From: Octopus bimaculoides
Lineage: Eukaryota
Reading direction: 5' to 3'
Length of the DNA: 64,000 nucleotides
NCBI RefSeq assembly: GCF_001194135.2
Contig: NC_068996.1
Location: 8,201,877-8,265,876 of the forward strand
The notes beneath the pieces were generated by a model. It was not told where the DNA came from. It was given only the letters and a program-made list of their open reading frames with translations, and searched no databases. Both the position numbers and the translations under genes were made by a program. The stretch's first letter is position 1, and every line of letters begins with the position of its first letter. Below, in pieces: positions 25,534 through 38,336 of the stretch.

Positions 25534-25574
25534 AGAAACTGCACAAAAACTTGTTAACACACACACTCACAAAT

Positions 25575-25605
<31 letters not shown>

Positions 25606-26840
25606 CCATAATTGAGTTTAAATTTATAATGGTCTAAAAAAAATATGATATTGTTATTTGTCCCATTATACCCTGCAACTTGGTGGTACAAAGATAGAAA
25701 CTGATGAAATAAATAATGACGTTGATATAATCAATTAAGAACTTTTCAAGGTGATGCTTCAGCATGGCCACAGTCCAGTGATTGAAGTTAGTAAGAGATA
25801 TATATATATGCGGCTGTCTGGCTTCCATGCCAGTAGCACGTAAATAGCACCATTTGAGTGTGATCATTACCAGCGTCGCCTTCCCGGTACTCGTACCGGT
25901 GGCGTGTGTAAAGACATTTGAGCGAGATCGTTGCCAGTGCCGCTGGACTGGCTCCTGTGCAGGTGGCACCTAAAATACACCATTTTGAGCGTGGCCGTTG
26001 CCAGTACCGCTTGACTGGCCTTCGTGCTGGTGGCATGTAAAAAGCACCCACTACACTCTCGGAGTGGTTGGNNNNNNNNNNACTGGCCTTCGTGCTGGTG
26101 GCATGTAAAAAGCACCCACTACACTCTCGGAGTGGTTGGTGTTAGGAAGGGCATCCAGCCATAGAAACTCTGCCAAATCAGATTGGAGCCTGGTGTAGCC
26201 ATCTGGTTCACCAGTCCTCAGTCAAATCGTCCAACCCATGCTAGCATGTGTGTGTATTGTGCACATGCACATAAATGGAGACATTGTAAAATAGAGAGAG
26301 GACTCTTTAGTCTTACTGAAGACGTGACAACTCCTCAAGTTCTTGTGCCAAAATATAATGTACCCTGTACATTCTGTAAAGGAGTTGGTGTTAGGAAGGA
26401 TATACAAGTATAGAAACCATATAAAAAAACTGGGAAGTGTTAACCAGAGGTGGTTTTTTGATCCATCTTGAATAAGAACTAAAACAGAAATTATAGAAAA
26501 GCAAACATAAAGACGTTAATGTTATATATGTTCTGAGTTCAAATTCTGCCAAGGTCGACTTTGCCTTTCATCCTTTTGGGGTCGATAAATTAAGTACCAG
26601 TTGCGTACTGGGGTCGATGTAATCAACTGGGCCCCTCCCCAAAGAATTTTGGGTCTTGTGCCTAGAGTAGAAAAGAATGTATCCATTTACACTATTTACA
26701 TTTGACGGATATTTGTCCTCGTCTTGTTTGTTGTTAACACAACATTTCGGCTGATATACCCTCCCGCCTGGGTTTTTATCCCTAAGGTATTTTTCGAACC
26801 TGGGTTCTCATTCCTAAGGTATTTTTCGATATTATTATTA

Positions 26841-26874
<34 letters not shown>

Positions 26875-26896
26875 CAGATCACTGCCTGGAATTGAA

Positions 26897-26996
26897 CTCA
26901 GAATCTTGGGGTTAGTAGCCCATGCTCTTAACCACTACGCCATGGGCATATGGTGTAGTGGTTAAGAGCACGGGCTACTAACCCCAAGATTCCGAG
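26897..26996. repeat. Near-perfect inverted repeat of tRNA-like SINE heads (47-bp arms, 6-bp spacer)
   Basis: 26901-26943 versus the reverse complement of 26950-26992 shows 2 mismatches in 43 nt, extendable by 4 nt with 1 mismatch. Spacer gggcat. Confidence 0.93.
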
Positions 26997-27010
26997 AATT
27001 AATTAGACTT

Positions 27011-28753
27011 AGCATGAAGAAATGGAAAGTAGATCTCTACTCAGGTGACACACTCTTAGGGAAAGTTAATATCAAAAGAGGGATTTTCCAGGGGGACTCG
27101 TTGTCCCCTTTAATATTTGTCTTATGTTTGATCCCCCTCATTTTGATATTAAGGAAGGCAAAGGCAGAGTACCAGTTCAGAAATAGTAATGGAAAAATTA
27201 ACCATTTGTTCTACATGGATGATCTGAAGCATTATAGTAAGAATGAAAAAGAGATAGATTCCTTAATACAGACAGTAAGACTCTTCAGCAAAGATATAGA
27301 CATGGAATTATAGACACTAATAAATATGCAATATTAGTCGTGAGGAGCAGGGGACAAGTAAACAACAGTGAAGGCATCCAATTACCAGATGGTCAGACAT
27401 TAAAATCATTGAAAGGAGGAGAGAGTAATAAGTATCTAGGAGTATTAGAATCAGAGTACTAACTACAGAAATGAAAACGAAAACTGAGAAGGAGTACATC
27501 AGAAGGGTGAGGGAGCTAATGAAGGCTGTAAATACTTGGATAGTATCATTACTTAGATACTCAGCAGCTTTTGTAGAATGGACAAAAACTGAATTAGCAA
27601 AGCTAGACAGAAGAATTAGGAAGGAATTCAATATGAATGGAGGACTTCATTCTAGAGCAGGAGTAGCAAGATTATACTTACCTAGAAAGGAAGTTAGAAG
27701 AGGGTTGATATCAGTAGAAGAATGCATGGAGTTAGCTAGAGCAGATATAGACTCTTATGTAGGTAATTGAGAAAGAAGTTTATTAAAAGATGCTATAGTC
27801 ACTGCAAGACATAGGGAAATCCAAACACCAAACAAACTTAAAAATCAGAGAAAAGAACAGAAATAATCTGACTGGCAGGAGAAGGGGTTGCATGGTAGAT
27901 TCCCAAAGATAGTTTCAGAAAATAGTAGTAGTGAGACATGGTTATGGCTGCAGAAGGGAAAGCTAAAGAGAGAGAAAGAAAGTTTGTTAGTAGCAGCAGA
28001 AGATCAAGCATTAAGGACTAATTGGATAAACGCCAAAATAGAAATAACCAAGTAGATTCCCAATGTAGATTATGCAAATCAAAAGAGGAAAGCGTTGCTC
28101 ATTTTGTAAAGGAATGTAGCATGTTGGCACTGAAAGAATACAAGAAAAGACATGACAATCTAGGGAGAGTAATCCACTGGGAGCTTTGTAGAAAGTTAGG
28201 ATTTGAACATACTGATAAATGGTATGAACATGAGCCTAGTAAAGTACTAGGAAGTAAGTGAATACAAGATGATGTGGGACTTTATCATTCAGACTGACAG
28301 AGTAATAGAAGCTAGAAGGCCTGATTTGGTAGCAGTAGATAAAGAGAAGAGACTGTGCCAGATAATTGATTTTACAGTCCCAAATGATGAGAAAATCAAT
28401 ATGAGAGGTATAGAAAAAATAGCAAAGTATCANNNNNNNNNNAAATCAATATGAGAGGTATAGAAAAAATAGCAAAGTATCAGGACCTAGCCATTGAATT
28501 ACAGAGACTATGGAAAGTGCAGGTAAAATGTATCCCAATAGTTATAGGTGCATTAGGAACTATCCCTAGAGATCTGAACAAATGGATAGAGGAAAAAATA
28601 GGCATAAAACTCAGTTTAGTACAGCTGCAGAAGACAGTGTTATTAGGGAGAGCTAGGATACTTAGGAGGGTTCTTGGCATCTAAGGTTACTTGTTGTAGT
28701 TCGATGTTAGGATTTTTCTCTTCCAACAGCCCAATCTATTCAGTGTATATGAA

Positions 28754-28786
<33 letters not shown>
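27011..28786 (+). mobile_element. 5'-truncated, decayed R4/Dong-clade non-LTR retrotransposon (RT + CCHC + restriction-like endonuclease)
   Basis: RT motifs GIFQGDSLSPLIF and HLFYMDDLK. CCHC knuckle CRLC...HFVKEC, then RHDNLGRVIHW and RLE motif RPDLVAVDKEKR..IIDFTVP...KYQDL. Short 3'UTR then (AAT)n at ~28757-28786. The ORF is broken into at least five pieces. Confidence 0.92.
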
Positions 28787-30004
28787 CTTTTCTGCTATAG
28801 GCACAAAGCCTGAAATTTGGGTGGAGGAGGGGTTAAGTTGATTACATTCACCCCAGTACTTGACTGGTTTGTAATTTATCGACCCCGAAAGGATGAAAGG
28901 CAAAGTCAACCTGGGCAGAATTTGAACTCAGAACGTAGTGGCAGGCGAAATACCGCTAAGCATTTTGCCTGGCATGCTAATAATTCTGCCTTAATAATAA
29001 TAATAATGATGATGATGATGATGTCATTTAAAGAATACACCAAAATACTTCTGTCATACTATTTATATTTTGTAATTAATTTATTTTAAAAGAACTGAAC
29101 TGAAATGTTATATTTCCCCCTCCTGCAATTGTAAATTGATAGTCCAGCCTCTGCCAATGTTTCAGCACTCTTGCTGCTATCCACAATTTCAATTTATATT
29201 AGTTGTCCTCCTACCAAAAAAAAAAAAGAAACACAACAAAACAAAAAACAAAGAAACAGACAAAAGATGCCCTCCCCCCTGCCAAAAATAAAAAAGAAAC
29301 TTATATATTCAACTTTTACTTATTGCTGGTCATCATTTATGAAACAAGACCAGGCCTTGTTTTATAAATGAACCTTGAAGGATACCACTCATTATATCTA
29401 ATTAGATAAGTACCCACTGTCAATAATAAGTGATAACTTTTAATGATTTTCTCAGAAGGAATTTTCTATTTTTTTACTCCAGTTATTCTGCTTCCTAGAT
29501 AATGCCTGATGTGAAACCTTAGTAGTAGTGGTGGTAGTAGCAACAGTAGTAGTAGTTGTTGTTTAGTCCTCACCCTGGATCAACATACGATGAAAGACAT
29601 TGCATCTGTGACCATCCCCTTTCTGTTTCACTTCCCCACTTTCCCCATACTAGATGTAAAAAGCCATGCTGATCCCTCTGCAGGAATTTGCTCTGCCTTG
29701 CTCTTTCTCAAAGTAATTCTATTTGTTTTCAAGTATAAAGCTGCCCCACAAATCTCCCCCAGAGAGGCAGGAGGGATGGTGGTGTCAATGGTTGTGTCAG
29801 CTTCTAGTTCTGCAAACTGCCTGGTGACCCCTATAGTGCAGGTGGCATGAGAAAAGCAGCTGGTACACTCTGTAAAGTGGTTGGCATTAGGAAGGGCATC
29901 CTAATGCCAAGCAGACACTGGAGCTCAATTCAGACCTTCAATACATCAGGCCCTGTCAAACTATCAACATGAAAAACGAATATTAAATGATGATGATGAT
30001 GATA

Positions 30005-30335
30005 TCTGAAGCCATGAATGACCATAGGATTGCACCTAGAAAGTTCCCCTCCCAGGCACAAGACCAGGCAAGGTTGTTTATGGAAGACCAGCAGTTACCC
30101 ATGCATACCAGACTCCCCTCTCCATGCAACTGATGTTATCCAAGGGAAAGGCAAAGGGGCTGATACATCTTGGCACCAGTGACATTGCAACTCATTTTTA
30201 CAGCTGAGTGAACTGGAGCGATGTGAAATAAAGTGTCTTGCTCAAGAACACACCACACAGCCCTCTCTGGGAATCAAACTCACTAATTCGTGATTGTGAG
30301 CTGGACACTCTATCCATTGAGTCATGTGCCTTTGC
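30005..30335 (-). mobile_element. tRNA-derived SINE of a further family
   Basis: acagctgagtgaactggagc...aaataaagtgtcttgctcaagaacac...gggaatcaaactc (reverse B-box). A related partial copy lies at ~18215-18390. Confidence 0.7.
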
Positions 30336-32836
30336 ATTATAGTATACCTAGGATTACATTATTCAATGTGTCCTTTCCTCTTTTTCTCTGAAGTTAGTTG
30401 AGTGTAACATTAGGCAAGGTTTGGTTAGTCGAGACATCATGCAGAGGCTCCGTCATTGGCATGTCGTTAGAGTCAAACACTTTGCTGTAATGAGAATATA
30501 TTATATCTCCTGAGTGGCCTGTGTCATGTCTGTGTCTGTCTCAAGTCTTCTATTGGTTAGGAAGCTTATTGTTGTGCTGCCTCTTTAGAGGACAAAAACT
30601 ACATTGTTTATTGGTAAACTGATTGTTACTAAATTAGATGGTCAACAATCTCATCTCACTTGTTTAGTTGATTGGTTTATCAATTATTTTTCTCTTCTTT
30701 TTTTTTTCTTTGCTATGCTTTATGCTTTATTCAACAATCCCATATTATTAATCTCCATAGTTATTGTAAAATCATCATTTATTCAGATTGGTTCTACACA
30801 AAAGATTGGATCTTTGAATTTAAACTATTGCATTATTCTCAGAAATAACATTTGTTAATTTCCTCCAGGATTTCCTTGACTGCGTTTAGGTCTCATATTG
30901 TAAAATTTACACTGGGTGATAACAGGGTGGGTATTTATTTTCAGAAATATAAATATTCCACACTGATCACTTTCCTTAATCTTTTCTCTTCAGAGTTTGA
31001 GTTAACACACAACTGTGAGGAATTTCCTAACCTGTCCATTTTGATTTTTTTTTCTGCTGCAGATGTTGGTTTACAGATATTTAAACTGAACATTAACTGC
31101 ATTAATTTCATCCAGCTGGGAGGGCCTGATAATGTCATGGGCACTGGCCTTTCCTGTTGGTTAATGCCATGGAAAATAGATAAGATAAAAAATAAAGACA
31201 ACAGTGTCTTCCATATAGACATTTTGGAAGATCTTTTTCAGGATAGACATCTATTTTTTTCTGGCAGAATGTGTATCTGAGTTTATATGATTAATCAGGG
31301 ATTACAATCACTAATCAGCTCTTAAATATAATCCAGTTAAAGCTGAGTTTATCAGGAATTGCAGTCATTATTTACTTCTTAAATATATTCTAATCAAATT
31401 TGAGTTTATCAGATTAGTCAGGGATTACATTCACTACTTAGATCTTTAATCTCAATAAATGCAGAGTCTGTAACAATGTTCACTGAAGCTATGTAAAATA
31501 ATGGACTCTTTAATGAGTATTGTAACTCGTGAGTGATGCGATGTAGGTCAAATGTTGCTATATATCATTGGTTAGTGGTTGGTTCGATGTGGTTGATTAA
31601 CTGCTCTACAATGGAGTGCTACAATGGAGAACAATGGTAGATCTGTTGTGTCAGGTATCATTTAATGTTCACCTGATAGCTGAACTACCATTTTGTGTGT
31701 GTGTTTATGTATCTGTGTACATATGTGTCTGTTGAATGACTGAGACAAGTAATATGTATATATGTGTGTGTGTGTGTGTGTATATATGGGTGTGTGTGTG
31801 TGTAGGTGTGGGTATGGCTTCCAAACTACATGGTTCTGGGTCCAATCCCACTGTGAATCACCTTAGGCAAGTGTCTTCTGCTATAAAATATATATTAGCA
31901 ACAAGCAGTATTAATCCTGAACTATATTTATTCCCACTTAAATGTGGATGTTCTGTTGGAACAAACTTTATTGTGGTAGATACCATGAGAAAAACCCCCT
32001 CATAAGCTTTTGGTGTAAAATGTACTCTTCTTTGTATTGCTAGCAGGGAGATAAATTCCCATCAACTCCATCTTCCCTCTGGACCAGCCAAATCTTTGTG
32101 CGAAGATTTGGTCAAGAAGTGTGGCACATCTTTGAGTTTGTTCCCAGCCCTCTCACCACTGTCAACCGGGTGTTTGGTTTGTTTATATTGCCATAATTGA
32201 GCAGTTCAGCATTAGAGACCTATAAAAACTATCAGGCTTAAAAAAAGAAAAAAAAAAAAAATTTTTTAAATCCTACAATACTGGGGTTGATTTGTTTGAC
32301 TAAAATTCTTCAAGGCAATGCCTCAGCATGGCTACTGTCCAATGGCTGAAACAAATAAAGGATATAATGACTTGCCGTGCTATGTTCTCTGTCTCCAACC
32401 TTGTTGCATTGGCTGCAAACCTGGGTATCACCAACGGTAATGCTGAGGAAAGTTAAACAAATACAAGAGCCTGGCTGGCTGCTATCTGTTTCTGCCAGTC
32501 TCTGTTGATAGCTCAGGCATTCTTGGTCCCCACACTACTGATTTCCTCCAATAAAATCAAGATAACAGTAGCCTATCTGAGAAATGAGCCCCATGAGGTG
32601 GGATGGCTGTTACAGTGAATGGTGCTAGCTATTTTCTATGGCAGCGCCTTTTGCACTTATGTCCACGAGGTGTAGCTGAACAGGTTGTACACTCCTGTTA
32701 TTCTGTCCCACCCTCATATTTTACTGCTTAATTCTCCCTCCTTTTTTTTCTTTGTTTCTTTGTTGAAGCAATTCTGTTTTTGATTTTTTGTTCTTAATAA
32801 TTTAATCTTTTGTACTTTTAATATTTTTTTTCCTTT

Positions 32837-33020
32837 TCTTCCTGTAAAGATATGTTACTAAATAACAATTCCTTTTAATGAATAAATGTATAAAATTCCT
32901 TACATATATGAATTTTGCTTGTGATATATTTTACATTGGTTTCTAATAAAGAACAACACACTTCAAAGAAATATTATACTATCTGAGTATCCTGTTGTTG
33001 CCAGGCAATTTTCACAATAG
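32837..33020 (+). repeat. 184-bp direct duplication, copy 1
   Basis: Matches 34646-34829 with 6 substitutions and no indels (hand comparison). Confidence 0.93.
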
Positions 33021-33729
33021 AATACCTTTATTTCAATTTATTTCTGTTCTGTCAAACCATATCTTCCCTGAAGGATAGGCTTCTTGATCAGGACAGGTTT
33101 CAGTATTATTTGAGACAATTTATAATGTATTGATAAACTAAGTTTTTGTTTTTCCAGTTGGCGCAAAGATGTAATGATTTTTCTTAGCTCACTGCTGATA
33201 TTTTGTGAAAGTCTTTTGACTCTGTCAACCTAATGGAATTCCTTACACACATATATACACACATACATATGCCCAGTGTGCGTGATATACACATATACAA
33301 AGATTGAGAGAGAGTGTGGTAAATATATATAGAAAGGGGAAAATTTCTAATGAGAATAGCATAAATGAAAGTGATAGACAAATAGAGAGAGATCTTTTCT
33401 GTTACACTTTTACTTGTTTCAGCTATGCAGCCATGGTCATGCTGGAGCACCACCACAAATTTTTTTAATTTAAAATTAAGTGAAAATTTTCAAATTTGGT
33501 ATTATGATGTACTTTTTCACACTGAATATGATTTTGTGATTCATTCATTCTTGAAAAATTTTAGGAAAGTGTCACAAAAGTTTAAAGTTCAATAATTTTC
33601 ATAACAAGAAAACAAGATTTGGAAGCTATCATTTTCTGCTAGGATAGTTTTCTATTACAAAATGGAAGTAAAAATATATTACAACTAGGAAGTTTTAAAC
33701 AATATGAAAGCAATAACTTGACATTTCAA

Positions 33730-33747
33730 AAGAGAGAGAGGGAGAGA

Positions 33748-33803
<56 letters not shown>
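33730..33803. repeat. (GA)n microsatellite, representative of many (GA)n, (CA)n, (TA)n and (TATC)n tracts
   Basis: Direct reading. Others include 6428-6488, 8234-8280, 24670-24731, 53740-53787 and the TA tracts flanking the large gaps at 40492-41083 and 49383-49912. Confidence 0.95.
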
Positions 33804-33806
<3 letters not shown>

Positions 33807-33899
33807 TGATAAAGAATGTGATAAATAAACAGATGAGAAAGGCATAAAAGAGAGAGAATGATAAATTTGTCAATCTTAAGGTTGAATTATTTTACTGAG

Positions 33900-34055
33900 C
33901 AAATTAGATTTTTTGATTAATTATAACTGCAAACTTTGTCGTTGGGATGCAGATTTTGAAAATCAAATCGGTTTTTCTCGAGGAGGCACGTTGGGGAGCC
34001 TTTTTGTGACATATTTAAACACACGCACACACATTCTCATCTTTATATATATAGA
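33900..34055 (-). mobile_element. Helitron 5' terminus (non-autonomous fragment)
   Basis: Minus strand A^TCTATATATATAAAGATGAGAATGTGTGTG: canonical TC start after an A, followed by the TATATAAA + GT-repeat head. No CTRR 3' end was located. Confidence 0.6.
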
Positions 34056-34329
34056 TATATGCTAAAGGTTTGGTGGTGGTGGCAGGAACAGCGATGTTAG
34101 TAATGGTGCTGATCACAGTTGTCATTGAGGCTGGTGAAGGTGGTGGTGTAGTGAGGATTGTTGTTGTTGTTGTGGTGGTGTTAGTTTAATCAATTTCTAA
34201 TCAAAGACAATTAAACATTTATTAACAAATACATAAGTTCTTGGCTTTATTTAATTATCTTTTCATAGACTAAAGTGGATTAAAAAATATCCATAAATGT
34301 GAATAGCTATTCGCAAGTATCTTATCTTG

Positions 34330-34645
34330 AGAATTCTTTTTCTTAACCCTGCTGTTGGCACTCCATCGCTTACGACGTCGAGGATTCCAGTTGATCCGAT
34401 CAACGGAACAGCCTGCTCGTGAAATTAACGTGCAAGTGGCTGAGCACTCCACAGACACGTGTACCCTTAATGTAGTTCTCGGGGATATTTAGTGTGACAC
34501 AGTGTGACAAGGCTGACCCTTTGAATTACAGGCACAACAGAAACAGGAAGTAAGAGTGAGAGAAAGTTGTGGTGGAAGAGTACAGCAGGGTTCGCCACCA
34601 TCCCCTGCCGGAGCCTCGTGGAGCTTTAGGTGTTTTCACTCAATA
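34330..34645 (-). mobile_element. 5'-truncated CpG-rich SINE-like repeat
   Basis: CpG-rich segment (gatccgatcaacggaacagcctgctcgtg ... ccggagcctcgtggagc) that I recognise as an abundant octopus interspersed repeat. The tRNA head is missing at the 34645 junction. Confidence 0.6.
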
Positions 34646-34829
34646 TCTTCCTGCAAAGATATGTTACTAAATAACAATTCCTTTTAATGAATAAATGTAT
34701 AAAATTCCTTACGTATATGAATTTTGCGAGTGATATATTTTACATTGGTTTGTAATAAAGAACAACACACTTCAAAGAAATATTATACTATCTGAGTATC
34801 CTGTTGTTACCAGGCAATTTTCACAATAG
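34646..34829 (+). repeat. 184-bp direct duplication, copy 2
   Basis: See copy 1. It begins exactly at the truncation point of the SINE ending at 34645. Confidence 0.93.
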
Positions 34830-35749
34830 CACAAATGTGTTGAGATGATGGGGGAAGTCTGTCCAGTTGAAAAGAAATACCAGTGTCATAGTCTGTCAGG
34901 GTTCACCTTGACATCTTTTCTTTCAGTGTGCGAGGAGTGGTGATATACCCATTCAGTAGGATTTGAATACCTGGGCAGAATTTGAACTTGGAACATAGAA
35001 TGCTAGAACAGATGTAACATTCGTCTCTTCCAAAATCTTATCAATCCATCATTATGGACTGGCATTTTCTTTTTCCACCTTGGAGGCTGAATGGCTAAGT
35101 TGACCTCAGCAGAATTTGAACTTGGAGCGCAAAGGACTGGAATTGTTACCACAACACACTGTATCCGGCTTGCTAGCAATTCTACCAATCGCATTTGTGT
35201 ATTACTGGAAATACTTGGTCAAAAATATGTCAATGTATTTATCATCGAACACTAGTTAAGCTATCTATAGTAAAGTGTGAAATCCTAAAGTTCAGTTGCA
35301 TGTGTGTGTTTGTGTGTGTGTCTGTGTGTGTGCTTGTATGTGTTAGAGCGCCTAATCATGCAGGTAAAGGTCATGATTTACGGTGATAGTTGTCTGGCAA
35401 CAGCATGATAATGTAATCAGCACTACTGTATGGTAAAGTTTGAGAGATAAGTGAAGGGGATGATTATATACCAGAAGTAGAAGAGTACATGTGTTAAAGG
35501 AGAAGCTAGAGAAACTAAAGGTGGATGAGATGTAGTTAACCTCCCCACACTTTTTTTCCTCCCTCTATTCAGCTGTTGTCAAACTACTGCTGGATGAAAG
35601 TTCTTAGCAAATAACCATCTGCTTATTCATGTTGGTTGTAGGCTTGCCTATCCGATTGCAGGTTGAGCAGGAGGCTTTTGTAGTTGAGTAAGTAAATGGT
35701 TCCACCCATGAAGAATTTGAAATTTTAATTAGAAAAAAAAAAGACGCAC

Positions 35750-36180
35750 AGGCGTGGCAGTGTTGTAAGTAGCTTGCTTACCAACCACATGGTTACAGGT
35801 TCAGTTCCACTGTGTGGCACCTTGGGCAAGTGTCTTCTGCTATAGCCTCGGGCTGACCAAAGCCTTGTGAGTGGATTTGGTAGACAGAAACTGAAAGAAG
35901 CCCGTCATATATATATATATATATATATANNNNNNNNNNATGTATGTGTGTGTGTGTATATGTTTGTATGTCTGTGTTTGTCCCCCCCCCCAAAAAAAAA
36001 CATCGCTTGAAAAATGATGCTGGTGTGGTTATGTCCCTGTAACTTAGCGGTTCGGCAAAAGGAACTGATAAAACGAGTACTAGGCTTACAAAGAATAAGT
36101 CCTGGGGTTGATTTGCTCGACTAAAAGTGGTGCTCCAGCATGGCCACAGTCAAACAACTGACACAAGTAAAGAATAAAGA
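35750..36180 (+). mobile_element. Composite SINE A/B copy
   Basis: Same head, core, microsatellite and tail, with a 10-N gap inside the microsatellite. Confidence 0.9.
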
Positions 36181-38116
36181 TACTACCAGGGTTTTATCAG
36201 ACACTCTAACAATTCTGCCAGTCCACTACTTTGGATTTATCAACCTTGAAAAGATGAAGGGTCAAACTGACCTCGTTAACCTTTTAAAGATAATGAATGT
36301 TTTGTTTAACAACATCTCAACTGGATGTAACAGTGAAAATTAATAATATTGTTTCAATTGGACTATTTACAATTTTGAAAAATAGTATGGATCCCTGAAT
36401 CAGTTACTGACAATTTCTGTCATTTAGTGTAAACTTGATGAATCTTGTACTGAAACGGTTAAAAAACAGAACTGAATCTCATTGAAATGTTTGCAACTAC
36501 AAAGAAGAATCAATCCTTGTTGTTGTTTGATATGCAAATCTGACATGATCCTCTCCTTTTATTTTTTTCTTTCTCATACATCCAAGACTGTATTGTCCAT
36601 TATCATCATCATCATCGTTTAACGTTTACCTTCCATGCTAGCATGGGTGGGACAGTTTCACGAGAGCCTGCCAAGCAGAAGCCTGCGTCAGACTTCTGTG
36701 ACTGCTTTGGCAGGATTCTTACAGCTGGATGCCCTTCCTAGCACCAACCACTCAGCAGAGTGGACTTAGTGCTTTTTACGTGGCACAAGCGCAGGCGAGG
36801 TCAGCTTTGGCAAGGTCTTTACAGCTGGATGCCCTTTCGAACACCAACCACTTTACAGTGTGGACTGGGTGCTTTTAAGTGGCACCTGCACTGACAGGGT
36901 CACCAAGTACTTGCAAGATTAAAAAAAAAGACTTTCAAGAGGGGAGGGGGGAATTGGAGGAGGTGATCTTGTGTTGGATGATGAAAGGTTATTGTGAGAC
37001 AGACAGAAACAGGTGTCTTGCTGTAGAGGAAGTACAAGGTTACCCGGCTGGAGAGATCAGGAATGAAGACAGACACAGGTGTGCTACCACAAAGGAAATA
37101 CATGGTTGTCCAACCTGAGAGAAGTGCAGGAGAAGGAGAGAGAGAGAGAGTGGGAGACAGCAGGATAGAGATAGTGGCAAAATGCTGGGCATACTCACAA
37201 AGGATGGGGGTCAGAATATAAAAGGAACGGTTGAGTAAAGGAAGAGAGAGATGTAGATGGTGGCAAGTGCCAGGGCATACCCTTGAGCTAAGAGGACAAG
37301 ATTGGGGAGTGGGAGATAAGCATAGTGTATGAAGTGGAAATGTGAGGAAGAGAAGAGATGTAGAGATGTAGTTTGGTTTGTTGTGGTAGAGTGTGTGAGA
37401 AGTTTTCTTGTTAATTGCAGGTGGGACACACAATGCTTCTAGAACTCAATTTTGCTGATTTGGGCAGGTCTCCTCAAGAACTTCATGTCGCCAGACATCT
37501 CGGTCCATGGTCATTTCCTCTGTGAGGCCCAACATCCTGAGATTGGTCCTTATTTATTCATCCCCTGTCTTCTTGGGTCTTTAATTTTAGATGGCAACAT
37601 ATGGCTGCTATTTGTAGTAAGATAATCATGTTGGTGCAATGTTAAAAGCACCCAGTACACTCTATGGAGTGGTTGGTGTTAGGGAGGGCATCCAGCCATA
37701 GAAACCATGCCAGAACAGACAATGGAGCCTGGTGCTGCCCCTGGCTTTACCAGCTGTGGTCAAACTGTCCAACCCATGCCAGCATGGAAAATGGACATTA
37801 AATGATGATAAAATCTTGTTTTATGGACTCAAGGAAAGACTCAGTTACTCATGCATTAGAAAAAGGGCAGTCACCTGGCTAAAATCTGAAGTTTAATTTT
37901 TTGATTGAGTAGAGATAGAGAAAAGGGTAGAGGCTGAAGAAAGGGGCTGTGCTGGAGAAAGAGTGTTAGAAAAATGGACAAATCCAAATTAGAATAGGAG
38001 CTGAAGATAGTTATTAAGAATGAATCAAGACAATAGACATAGTCCTGCTACATTCTGCAAAGATAGTAGATATAAGATATACTGTATTTGAGGGTATATG
38101 GAATGCGTGTTTTCAA

Positions 38117-38336
38117 CCCTCTGGCATTTAGACCAGCCATATCTGGCCCAAATATTCTACCGGTTTAATGTTCAGACCAACCAGATCCAGTCTCTCACAC
38201 CTACCCTATAATGTCATTCTTAAAGGAAACAGTCGCATAACTGAAATTTTGAAGCTGTGAGATAATGAATGATTAATTCTAAACAATGTCAATAAATAAG
38301 CATTATATTTGACTGAACAATCTGAATGCTAAAGGG
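38117..38336. mobile_element. piggyBac-type MITE copy
   Basis: tcaa|CCCTCTGGCAT ... ATGCTAAAGGG|ttaa, with internal sequence reverse-complementary to the 39048 copy. Confidence 0.78.

Noticed and set aside
26950-26996. tRNA gene (also tRNA-like heads at ~11785-11850 and in families A and C)
   Set aside because: Only A/B-box-like SINE heads. No complete cloverleaf with acceptor stem, and they continue into SINE bodies or are truncated.
30852-31280. Overlapping ORFs, one with a signal-peptide-like start (30941-31222, minus)
   Set aside because: No recognisable domain. A weak resemblance to a decayed LINE endonuclease region could not be substantiated.
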